Shown piece after piece: positions 1-11,359 of a stretch of 64,000 bases of DNA. A program made the translations under genes and the position numbers. How positions within the stretch are numbered: position 1 is the stretch's first letter; the number at the start of each line of letters is the position of its first letter. The notes beneath the pieces are model-generated. The model did not search any database. It was not told where the DNA came from and worked only from the letters and a program-made list of their open reading frames with translations. The stretch is from Octopus vulgaris (Eukaryota). The stretch is from positions 34,348,001 to 34,412,000 of the forward strand of contig OX597825.1 of NCBI GenBank assembly GCA_951406725.2, given 5' to 3'.

Positions 1-160
1 CTATGTTGGTTTGCTTACATCCCTGTAACATAGTGGTTTAACAAAAGAGACAGAGAGAATAAGTACTAGGCTTACAGAGAATAAGTCCAGGGATCAATTT
101 GTTTGACTAAAGGCAGGGCTCTAGCATGGCTACAGTCAAATGACTGAAACAAGTAAAAGC
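1..160 (+). mobile_element. 3' part of tRNA-derived SINE (octopus-type)
   Basis: agaataagtactaggctt...ccagcatggc..cagtcaaatgactgaaacaagtaaaa tail shared with copies at 15455, 26290, 27270 and 58040. Confidence 0.75.
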
Positions 161-202
161 CTTAAAAAAAGCATTTGTGTATACATACATACATACACAC
201 AT

Positions 203-243
<41 letters not shown>

Positions 244-284
244 GAGAGAGAGAGAGAAAGAGAGGAGGGAGAGAGGCATGGCTT

Positions 285-600
285 GCAGGTGCAGGCATGG
301 TTGTGCAGTAAGAAGCTTGCTTCCCAGCCACATGGTTCTGAGTTCAGTCTCACTGCATGGCACCATGGGCCAATGTCTTCTAGTTTAGCCTTTGGGGTAA
401 CCAAAGCCTTGTGAGTGGATTTGGTTGACAGTAACTGAATGAAGCCTGTTGTATACATGTGCATGTATGTGAGTGTGTATTATGTGTGTGTGTGTGCACA
501 CACGTGCATGCATGTGCATATGTTTCCGTTTGTGTTTGTCCTCCACCACTGCTTGACAATTGATGTTGATGTGTTTCCGTCTCCATAAATTTGTTTCCTG
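285..600 (+). mobile_element. tRNA-derived CORE-like SINE, 5' part
   Basis: A box (tggttgtgcagtaag), B box (gagttcagtct), ggcaccatgggc..tgtcttct...aaagccttgtgagtggatttgg body repeated many times in the window. Confidence 0.8.
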
Positions 601-699
601 CTGAACAAGTTATGTGAACTCTTCTCCTCAATCTGAGAACCAGGATCAGTCCCACAGGACAATGGCAACAAATGTGAATGTGACAACCATAGAGGTATC

Positions 700-1815
700 T
701 CCCATTTGTGTGTTGCCAGGAAGGTCCTTTGAAGGGTTTATCTTAAACAGACTAAATGATGCCCTTGGCAGCATGGTGTCCCCTGAATCTCAGTGTAGAT
801 TTCAGGCTGGTAGAGGCACAGTGGATATGATTTTTAGCCTAAGGCAGGAGCAGGAAAAGGCTTGTGAGCACAACGGAAACCTTTTTGCAATTTTTGCAGA
901 TCTAACTAAAGCTTTCATTTCGGCACCATATCTAGAGATGCTCTTTGGGTTGTCTTTAAAAAGCTGGGCGTTTCAGAAAAGATGCTCAATGTCATCATTT
1001 CTTTCCATCAAGGGATGATGGCTTCTCTCAGATCTAGCATGAAACCATTTGATTCATTCACACTTTCAAATGGGACAAAACGTGGCTGTGTTCTTGCACC
1101 ACTCTTATTTGTTTTCTATTTCTCCAACATATTGGAAACAACATTCAAGGGTATTAAAGAAGGAGTAAAGTTTGAGCACAGAACTGGTTGTGGTTTGTTC
1201 AACCAACAGCATTTCAAAGCAAAAAGTAAGACTTTTGTGCAAACAGTTCAAGATTTACTCTTCACAGCTGACTGTGCACTTGTAGCACACATTCTTGAGG
1301 ACATGCTAAACAGCTTCTCACTGACCATCAGTATAAAAAAAACTGAGGTTGTCCATCAACCCATTTGTGACCATCTTCCTGAAGTTACCCTACTGTATAT
1401 GTTGATGGGAAAGCATTAAAAACTGTCACCTCCTTCACCAACATAGGTGAATGAAAGACATCTTGTGCAACTGAAACCTGAGTGTCTTTTTGGTCAGCTG
1501 AGACAATTTGGGCGCAAACTTGGCAGATACGTGTCTCATACCCAATTCTTCAGTGATAATGGACTGGTAATTGTGAGCAAATTTGTGCAAACATGTAGGG
1601 ATCCTGGCAAAATGCTGCTCCTCTAAATGGAAACCTTAACTGTCATTATAATTTTATAGCTCAAAGCAAAGCAGGTCTTGCCATCCACTCAAGAAAACAC
1701 AGTGTGATTGATCCAATTACACTCAAGCAAACCGAGTCCTCAACTTGTTCCATTCACCAACAGGTTTGCAAAGCACTAGTAGGCTTCAAGAGACACATTC
1801 ATGTCTATAGAACAT
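700..1815 (+). mobile_element. Decayed RTE-clade LINE fragment (RT and 3' end)
   Basis: ESQCRFQAGRGTVDMIFSLRQ, FADLTKAF, GTKRGCVLAPLLF, LLFTADCAL; frameshifted. A mariner fragment (about 1457-1566, matching 3020-3132) is embedded. Confidence 0.9.
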
Positions 1816-1872
1816 GATTAATGCTTTATTTTACTGAACCCTCATTTGTAGTTCACATACAAGAGAATCCAT

Positions 1873-1873
1873 C

Positions 1874-1972
<99 letters not shown>

Positions 1973-2030
1973 CATACATACATACATACATACCTACATA
2001 CATACATACATACATGTATGTATGTATGTA
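1873..2030. repeat. (TA)n + (TACA)n/(TATG)n microsatellite
   Basis: Directly visible. Confidence 0.95.
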
Positions 2031-2709
2031 TCAGTATAAACCTTAAAAAGCCAAGAGGTATAAGGGGCGAATACATTTATTTAACCACTTGGCATCTATA
2101 GGATTACAGCTGTTTTGAAACATTCTTTATGCAGTAATAATTTCAGTGTGCAATAAATTATGTTCACATGATTACATCCATATGCATGATGTGTATTATA
2201 CAATATGATTGTATATTCACAAATCATTAAATTGTTGGTATTACTTCGATATTCTGGTGATCTGATGATTAGCTTACTTTACTTGCATTCATTTGTGAAG
2301 AGGAATTGTATAATGCACTGAAATTCTTTCTTCATGAAGTAGGCTGCGAAACAACTGTAACCCTATGGATGTTAAACGTTAAATAAATATATTCAATTCT
2401 GATATTGCCTGATGTTTTGTGGCTTATATACTACTAATTGAAATAATTTCATTGATTGGATCTTATGTATTTCAGCTACATGGACACTCTGCATTACACT
2501 ATTCTGTATTGTATTATCATGTGGTCTGCTAGCTGAGTCTGGTAGAGGAGCTTTCTGTGACAGCCACACAATTCACTGAATCTATATCTTGTACTACGTT
2601 TTTATACTGATACACACACACACACACACACACACATACAACACAAACACACACACGTATGTATATATACATATGTATGTATGTGTATATGTATGTATAT
2701 ATATGTAAA

Positions 2710-3589
2710 CGTGGTCTGATCAATATGTATCCAGATTGTTGCTACAGTAACGAAGCTCGAGTATGGAGAGTGAAGCTGCTTGGCACAGATTGACCATGAA
2801 CTCTGCTGCACATGCGCACTAAGATTTAATGTTCTAGCTCACTTCCGCTTTTTACAGCAGAGCTTGGAAGGTAGGTGTGTAGTGTGTGATCATCGCATTG
2901 ACCATGACAGAGAAACTTGAGCAGAGAATCTGCATCCAATTTTGCCAAAAGCTTGGCAATACCTGCTCAGCGGCCTACACAAAGTTTTTATAAAGTTTTC
3001 ATCATTCTCGACACCATCAAAGATATCTTGTGCAACTGAAACCTGAATGTCTTTTTGGTCAGCTGAGAGCAGTTTTGGCACAAATTTGGCAGACACATGT
3101 CTCATACCCAAATCTTCAGTGATAATGGACTGAACTGAAACATAACTAATCTGCAAATCCTCTAATAACACATGGATGGTGATTTGATGATTTCCCCTCA
3201 CAGCTGCACGAACATTTGCAATGTTTTTCTCAGTTCTGCTGGTTGCGTGTCTCTCAGAACAGTCGTCAATATCAACATTTTTCTTTTGCCATCTTGGAAA
3301 CATCTGAATTACTTGTACAATTGTGTGTGGCTCATGCACTGTTATCTATACACTTTTAGCAACTTTACGTAGGCTTCTGAGTAGGTGTCACCATAATAAC
3401 TTTCTCTGTCATAATCAATGTGATGATCACACGCTACACACCTTCCTTCCAAGCACTGCTGTAACCAGCAAAAGTGAGCTAGAACATTAAAAGCAGAATT
3501 CAATGTCAAGCTGTGCCAAGTGGCTTTACTTTGCATGCTTTGGTTTCATTACCATGGCAACAGTCCAGATACTCATTGATCAGACTTCG
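2710..3589 (-). mobile_element. Non-autonomous Tc1/mariner derivative with TIRs
   Basis: TIR cg.ggtctgatcaat..gtatcc.ga.tgttgc versus its reverse complement ending 3589 + TA; transposase N-terminal remnant (ORF 2890..3339: EDLGMRHVSAKFVPKLL). Confidence 0.88.
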
Positions 3590-3867
3590 TATATGTGTGT
3601 GTGTGTATGTCTGTGCATGTATGTATATATCTAATTATATATATATATATATATATTTTAAAATATTTGTATAATTTTACTTATAAAGGTTATTTTAACA
3701 TACTGATCTACTTATTGAAATTATTAATTAATTGATTGATTAAGTAATTAATTTAATTAATAAATTTTACCGTTTTATTATTAATAATATATATATATAT
3801 ATACATATATATCTGTATGTATATATATATATATAGATATATGTATTTGTATATATGTGTATGTATG

Positions 3868-3924
<57 letters not shown>

Positions 3925-3963
3925 ATAATATTAGGGTAATAAAAATTTTAGAATTTTTTACTA

Positions 3964-4293
3964 CCAGTGGCCTAGCGTAAAAAGATTAGTCAATAGACTA
4001 TATATTATTCATATAAAATACAGTGTATAAAATTTAGAGGACTGACCTCTAAAAAAATGGACAGCCTATATGCTAGATATAGACGTCAAAATCCCCATTT
4101 TCCATGAAGAATGTGTTCTGAAGAAAAAATTCAGCTGAACTTTTTCTTGAGAATACATTCTTCGTGGAAAATGGCAATTTTGACATCTATATCTAGCATA
4201 TAGGCTGTCCATTTCTTTAGTGGTCAGTCCTCTAAATTTTGTATGTAAAAATTTTTAATCTTCAGATTTTTTTTAAATATGCTAGGCCACTGG
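3964..4293. repeat. Long fold-back palindrome centred on TTCAG|CTGAA (4134/4135)
   Basis: Arms about 4025-4134 and 4135-4245 are near-perfect reverse complements; outer ccagtggcctagc/gctaggccactgg. Confidence 0.9.
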
Positions 4294-4333
4294 TTTTCAT
4301 TTATTAATATCAATTTCTACACTTATTTAATTT

Positions 4334-4372
<39 letters not shown>

Positions 4373-4550
4373 TACTCGCTAACTGCCTAGACATATGATA
4401 TAATTTACCTTCAGGCTTTAATTGACAGCCTTTGTTGTCGGCACCAGGGTCATCGAGTGTGCATCTATAAGTAGCTGAAGTATTCAAATTCATCAAATAA
4501 ATCTGCAAAGAATTGAAATAAAATGTAAAGCACGTTGCAAGTAACACACA

Positions 4551-4590
<40 letters not shown>

Positions 4591-4851
4591 TGTATGTATG
4601 TATGAATGTATGTATGCATGAATGTATATATGTATGTATGTATATATATATATGTGTGTGTATATATATATATATAAAATCCATGGTTTGAATTTTGGCT
4701 GGTCCTTCTAGCATGTTAGGTGTCCTGTCAGGGAACCTCTTAAATGTACACTAATTTTATATGAATAATATATAGTCTATTGACTATTTTCTGCATGCAG
4801 GCCACTAGTAGAAAAATTTCTATAATTTTCCTACCCTGTATATTTTTCCTA

Positions 4852-4888
<37 letters not shown>

Positions 4889-5249
4889 GGAGTAAACACA
4901 TAAATGTGAAAACAAGATGGAAAAAAGAGTACTCGAATACCAGTGGTAGAGTAATATGCTTTATTTAAAGCAGCAGAAAATTCAACAAAACCTGTTACTC
5001 TGAGTTTCCCATTGCCGTTCGTCGGACAGTTTTTGCTAGAATGGAACCGATATATGAATTCTATCCTGACTATTACAAACGCTACACCTTTAAAAAAAAT
5101 GGACTTGTTTGATTGGCCCTTTAGAAATAACGGCCAATTTTCGAGCGATATGTATGTATGTATGTATATATATATGTATGTATGTATGTATGTATGCATG
5201 TATGTATGTATGTGTAAATATATATATATATATAAACCCTTAACTCTTA

Positions 5250-6860
5250 TGTTGAGGTGGTATATGGCCCAAAATCGTCTTCAATAGCTCCAGTGAGAAC
5301 AGCAAATGGAAATTTGCTTCTGACTGTCACTGCTTCTACTCATAAGCATTGGGTAGAACATTTTTCTGCACTTTTGAATAGACCATCATCTGTTGACATG
5401 AGGACGATAGAAAAAATCGAGCACCTTCCAGTTATAGAAGAGATGGCATTTGAACCAACTCTAAAGGACATTTATCTAGCTGTGAATAAGCTGAGTAACA
5501 ATAAGTCTCCAAGGTCTGATGGAATCTGTGCAGAAGTCTCAAAATATGGGAGTGACAAAATGTTTGAACTTTTAAATATATTAATTTGTGATGTTGGAGA
5601 ACTGAGAAAGTGCCTCAAGACTGGATTGATGCCATTTTAGTTTCCTTGTATAAATCGGGGCCAAAGGATCTGTGTGGTAATTTTCGGGGGATTTCGCTTT
5701 TGTCTGTGGTTAGAAAGGTACTTCATTACATTCTGTTAGAATGTTTAAATACTTTCATTTTTCCAAATATGGTATTTGCGTCTCGGTGTGGTTTTAGCTC
5801 CTCCAGGGGCACAGTTGATTGTATCTTTACTATCAGACACTTGCAGAGAATCTTCCCCTATACCATTCTTTTGTTGATTTCAGCAAAACATTCAAAACTG
5901 TTAATCAAAATTCTCTGTATCTAATTCTAAGAAAAATAGGTTGCCCAGAAAAATTTGTAAACATGATCTGGGCTTTGCATCAAGGTATGAAAGTTAGAGT
6001 TAATTTTGGTGATAGGCTCTCTGAATCTTTTGCCATGGAAAATGGAGTAAAGCAAGGAGACCTTGATGCACCCACCCTCTTTTCAATATACTGTGCTGTT
6101 GGGCTGTCACACACTTTTCAAAACTCAGATTAGGGTATTTACATAAAATATCGAACTGGGAATGTTTTTAATCTGACCAGACTGAAATTCAAAATGAAGG
6201 TTTTTACTTCACTCATTAGGGAACTTTCGTATGCTGACAATTGCGATCTTGTCAGTCATTCTGAAACAGGTCTGCAATCTCTTGTATCTACATATAACTC
6301 AGTTTGTGATGATTTTGGCTTGACCACCAACTTGAAAAGAAAAAGAGCTATAATGTTTCAACCTGCACGTGGTGCTGTCTACAACCCCACAAAAATTTTT
6401 GTTAAGGGTAAGTTACTTAGCGGCGAGCTGGCAGAAACGTTAGCACGCCAGGCGAAATGCTTAGCGGTATTTCATCTGCGGTTACATTCAAATTCTGCCG
6501 AGGTCGATTAAATACGCCCTGGGGTCGATATAATCGACTTAATCCGTTTGTCTGTCCTTGTTTGTCCTCTCTGTGTTAGCCCCTTGGGGGTAGTAAAGAA
6601 ATAGGTAAGTTACTTGAGGTTGTTGATTCTTTCATCTACCTTGGAAGCTCTATTCAAAACAATGGAAATCTGGACACAGAAATAAATCTGCGAATTGAAA
6701 GAGCAGCACAAGCATTTGGTGATTTGGAGTCACGTGTTTGGCACCAACGACATATAAATGACCATACAAAATTGACTCGTTATAAATCATTTGTCTGTTG
6801 TATACTTCTGAAAAATGGACATGTTATAAAAGACATTTCAAATTGTTAGAACAATTTCGC
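5250..6860 (+). mobile_element. Decayed RTE-clade LINE (RT region), interrupted by a SINE
   Basis: CGNFRGISLLSVV, FVDFSKTF, GVKQGDLDAPTLF, LSYADNC, LEVVDSFIYLGS. Confidence 0.92.
6419..6603 (+). mobile_element. tRNA-derived Meta-domain-family SINE with internal deletion; 12-bp TSD
   Basis: TSD ggtaagttactt at 6407-6418 and 6604-6615; removing it restores the RTE frame VKGKLLEVVDSF. Confidence 0.9.
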
Positions 6861-6873
6861 TATCATGGGAAGA

Positions 6874-7635
6874 TCCTATTTTTAAACTTCGGTATGTGGT
6901 AAAGCAAATCTTTGCTGAACCCTAATTATAAAGTATTACTTAAGTTTACCATGAAATGGTCCTTTTTCATGCCGAATTCTACTTGGTGAAATTATTGATT
7001 ACTTCTTAATTAATTAATTTTACCCTTTGTTATTATTGATAATAGAATTTTCTCCCTCATAACAAACTACAGATTTTCCTGTAGTATTTTACTTGACGAC
7101 ACACGCGGATGGGCAGGGGAAGGTGATGAACCTCATTCGTATTTTGAATTCGGCGGTATTAACACCGAATATGATCTGTCTGATACGTTAGGTTGAAAGA
7201 TATGTTCAATTCTTCCAGTGCCTTCGAATTTAATATTTTTAATATTTAATATTGTTGGAGTCCCATGCTGATGAAGGAAAATGGTTGGGTAAAGTATAAT
7301 TCTATATTCTTTATACCGATCTAATTCCAAAACGCGTACATGGGTGACCAGCTATAGATTGATTTTTGTTATTTTTCTTCTCTGCCCGCGTGGATTGTTT
7401 TCAAGTATTTTGATTTTTCTGGGAGTCCCTTTTTAAAGTAGAAGAAATAGCTAAGGTTTTTTGGCTCCTATTTCTAAACTTCGGTATGTGGTAAAGCAAA
7501 TCTTTGCTGAACCCTAATTATAAAGTATTACTTAAATTTACCGTGAAATGATCCTTTTTCATGCCGAATTCTACTTGGTGAAATTATTGATTACTTCTTA
7601 ATTAATTAATTTTACCCTTTGTTATTATTGATAAT
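6874..7635 (+). mobile_element. 592-bp unit in partial tandem (170-bp direct repeats) carrying a hammerhead motif; Penelope pLTR/retrozyme-like
   Basis: 6874-7043 is near-identical to 7466-7635; hammerhead fold at 7262-7344. Confidence 0.7.
7262..7344 (+). ncRNA. Minimal type-I hammerhead ribozyme motif (G12A variant)
   Basis: CCCATG-CTGATGA-AGGAA...TTCC-AAAA-CGCG-TA-CATGGG: 6-bp stem I, core, stem II, palindromic stem III; GAAA is mutated to AAAA. Confidence 0.75.
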
Positions 7636-7659
7636 TATACATACATATATATATATACT

Positions 7660-10600
7660 CGTCTAAATTTGCTAGTTCGCGGTACGCCCGCCCCTCCACC
7701 TATGCCAGAAGTCCCTATCCTTTGTCATCCTTTGGTTGTCTCCTATGAACACTTCTAAAGGCTTTGTGCCATCCCCACCCCTACTTAGGGTTTATCTCCT
7801 ATGTAAGATAGTGATCATATAGTGCAAAAATATGATAGTGTAGTGTATGCAGGTTGAACTTAAGGCTATTGTTTGTTTATGAATTCTGCCAAATGCGAGC
7901 TCTCTTTTCAGGAACATGACGCTGCTGTCCCCTGCCCCAGGGTCTCAAGGACCCATACCTCCCACACCCTCAGGGCTGGCACTCTCAATGTCGACACACT
8001 GAAAGGTAGGTCTAGTGAGATTGTTGAGATGCTTGAACGGAGATGTGTCGATATGTGCTGCATCCAAGAAGTAAAGTGGAGAGGAGGCTCCGCTAGGTTT
8101 CTCACAGGTAAAGAACACAGGTACAAGATTTTCTGGACAGGGAACACTGATGGAGTCGGGGCGTGGGTATACTTCTTGCAGAGAAGTGGGTGGATAAGGT
8201 AATCGAGGTAGTCAGAGTATGCGACAGAATACTTAAGATTAGATTAGTGCTTCATCATGGGTTAGCAACCATTATCTCAGCCTATGTCCCTCAACCGAGG
8301 CTACCCGATGGATAGAAAGACCGATTCTATGACACCCTCTTGCAGACTACCTCGTTGACGAATGACAGGGACCTTCTCTTTGTGGCTGGTGACTTCAATG
8401 GACATGTTGGATAACATACAGGGGACTTCCATGGCTTACATGGAGGCTACGGTTTTGGTTCCTGCAATGAGGAGGGAACCAGGCTGCTGGAGTTCTGCGA
8501 TGCAAATGATCTTATGGTTTGCAATACTAACTTCAGGAAACCTGCCAGTCACCTAGTCACCTACCGTTCTAGCAGACACACTAGCCAAATTGACTACATC
8601 CTCACCAGAAAAAGGGAAAGCTAGCTGCTTATAAATGCCAAAACCTTCCCAAGCGAAGAATGTACCTCACAACATAGACTGGTAGTTAGTGACTTCAGGA
8701 TCAGGGCTAAGTGGATGCCCAGAAGACGACCAGCATGGAGGAGAAGGGTCTGGAAGCTTAAAGATCCCCCGAATGGACAGAGATTTAGAGACATATTACT
8801 TGAAGCCTTTGACGAAATAGAAGGGCATATAGCTTCACACGATGTAGAAGTCAGCTGGAGGTTTCTACGGGACAACCTGCTGAGGGCCACTGACTAGATC
8901 TGTGGATGGTGCAAAGTCCCCTCTCGACCCAAAATAATGTCATGGTGGAATAAAGTTGTTGACAGGGCTATTAGAGAAAAGAAACAGGCTTGGAGGGACT
9001 GGAAGAACGGTGGTAGCAGGGAATTGTATCAGGCTGCCAGAAGGGAAGCTAGGAGACAGGTTTATTTAGCCAGAAGGGAAGCAGATAAGAAAAAATTTGC
9101 CAATGTTCTGCACCGTGAGGACCAAAGACTTGAGGTATTTCGTGTTGCAAGACAGTGTGTGAGAGAGAATCGTGATGTGGTAGGAGAGAAATGTGTTCGC
9201 ATGGATGATGGCTCACTTGCACTAAACAAGGCTGCAAAGAGAGAGGTTTGGAGACGCCACTATGAAAGGTTGCTCAATAAAGAAAATGAATGGGAGAAAG
9301 AGAGTCTGCCAAATGTCGACCCAACAGACAGACCAGCTATTCGAGTCGACAGTACCTTGCTAGATAAAGTAATTAAGAGTATGAAGACAGGAAAAGCCCC
9401 CGGACCACCAGGAATCACTGCAGAGATCCTCAAAATATCTGGCGCAGTGTCGGCTATAGCCTAGTTACCCGTATAGTTAACCAGGTGATACACAAAGGAA
9501 TCAAACCCAATGACTGGTGTAGCAGCACTATAGTCAACTATAGATACAAATAATTACAGAGGTATCGAGTTGTTGGATCAGGTAATGAAGGCCACGGAGA
9601 GGGTCATAGCCCAACTAATTAGGGAGAGAGTCAGTTTAGATGAGATGCAGTTTGGGTTCGTTCCAGGGAAAAGCACCACTGATGCTATATTTTTGGTAAG
9701 ACAGCTGCAGAAGAATACCTAGCCAAAGATAAACCTCTGTACCTGGCTTTTGTTGACATGGAGAAAGCCTTTGACAGGGTCCCCCATTCCCTTATCTGGT
9801 GGTCAATGAGGAAACTAGGGATAGATGAATGGTTAGTGAGAGATGTGCAAGCCAGGTACAGGGACGCTATCAGTAATGTGAGGGTTGGAAACGAGTAGTG
9901 TGAAGAATTCTGGGTAGAGGTAGGGGTCCACCAAGAGTCAGTCCTCAGCTTCCTCCTATTTATCATAGTCCTCCAAGTAATAACAGAGGAATTTAAGACA
10001 GGATGTCCCTGGGAGCTGATATACTGATGACCTTGCTCTAATTGCTGAGTCACTATCAGAACTAGAGGAGAAGTTTCAGGTGTGGAAACAAAGATTAGAA
10101 TCGAAGGGCCTTAGAGTCAACCTAGCTAAAACCAAAGTCCTAAAAAGTAGGAAAGCAGGCAAACCAAAAATCCCTTCAGGTTGATCGCCCTGCTCGATCT
10201 GTAGAAAAGGCGTAGGTAGAAACTCTATAAGATGTACCCAGTGTAAGCTATGGACACATAAGAGGTGTAGCAATATCAAAGGAAGGCTAACTTGGAAGAT
10301 AGTTTTTGTATGTGGCAGATGCTCAGGAGCAATAAACACTGAAAATGTGCAGTGAGCAACTTCTGCCATATTCCAGGGAGAAAAACTAGAAGTAGTTGAT
10401 AGATTCTGTTACCAAGGTGAAACATGGGCTGTGACTGCTGAGGACATGAGTAAGCTTGCAAGGAATGAAGCGAGTATGCTCCGATGGATGTGCAATGTCA
10501 GTGTGCATACTCAACAGAGTGTAAGTACCTTGAGAGAAAAGTTGGACCTAAGAAGCATCAGATGTGTTGTGCAAGAGAGATGACTGCACTGGTAAGGTCA

Positions 10601-11291
10601 TGTGACGAGAATGGATGAGGATAGCTGTGTGAAAAAGTGCCAGACCATAGCGGTTGAGGGAACCTGTGGAAGAGGTAGACCTAGGAAGACCTGGGATGAA
10701 GTGGTGAAGCACGACCTTCGAACAGTTGGAAATGCCTAGAGACCGAGACCTTTGGAAATATGCTGTGCTTGGGAAGACCCTGCAAGCCAAGTGAGACCAT
10801 AACCTCGAAATCAAATTCGATGACTGGCATCTGTGCTAGTGGAGCGCTAAGAGCACCATCCGAGTGTGATCGTTGCCAGAGCAGCTAACTGGCTTCCATG
10901 CCGGTGGCACGTTAAATGCACCGTTCGAGCGTGATCATTACAGGTGTTGCCATACTGGCACTTGTGCCGGTGGCATGTGAAAAAATATTTGAGCGTGGTC
11001 GTTGCCAGTGCCGCTGGACTGGCTCCTGTGCATGTGGCACGTAAAAACACCATTTGAGCGTGGCTGTTGCCTGTACCGCCTGACTGGCCCTCGTGCCAGT
11101 AGCACGTAAAAGCACCCACTATACTCTCGGAGTGGCTGACATTAAGAAGAGCATCCAGCTGTAGAAACTCTGCCAAATCAAGATTGGAGCCTGGTGCAGC
11201 CATCTGGTTCGCCAGTCCTCAGTCAAATCGTCAAATCGTCCAACCCATGCTAGCATGGAAATCGGTTGTTAAACGATGATGATGATGATGA
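7660..11291 (+). mobile_element. Near full-length, decayed RTE-clade LINE (APE endonuclease, RT, PHD-like finger, structured 3' UTR, (GAT)n tail)
   Basis: GTLNVDTL..CIQEVKW, VAGDFNGHVG, SQIDYIL, QFGF.PGKSTTDAIF, FVDMEKAFD, CSICRKGVG...CTQC...HKRC...CGRC; stops, frameshifts and internal deletions. Confidence 0.93.
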
Positions 11292-11292
11292 T

Positions 11293-11324
<32 letters not shown>

Positions 11325-11359
11325 TAATAATTTAATAAAAAATAATATAAAATGTACAA

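Noticed and set aside
107-686. Numerous ORFs rich in VCVC, HTHT, YIYI or MYVC (also at 1.8, 4.3, 14.5, 18.1, 20.7, 27.6 and 57.2 kb)
   Set aside because: They are translations of microsatellites and SINEs, with no splice or domain support
10820-11120. CRISPR-like look of conserved repeats with variable inserts (also 63661-64000)
   Set aside because: Eukaryotic context, no cas genes, variable parts only 6-11 nt, and the units belong to an RTE 3' UTR
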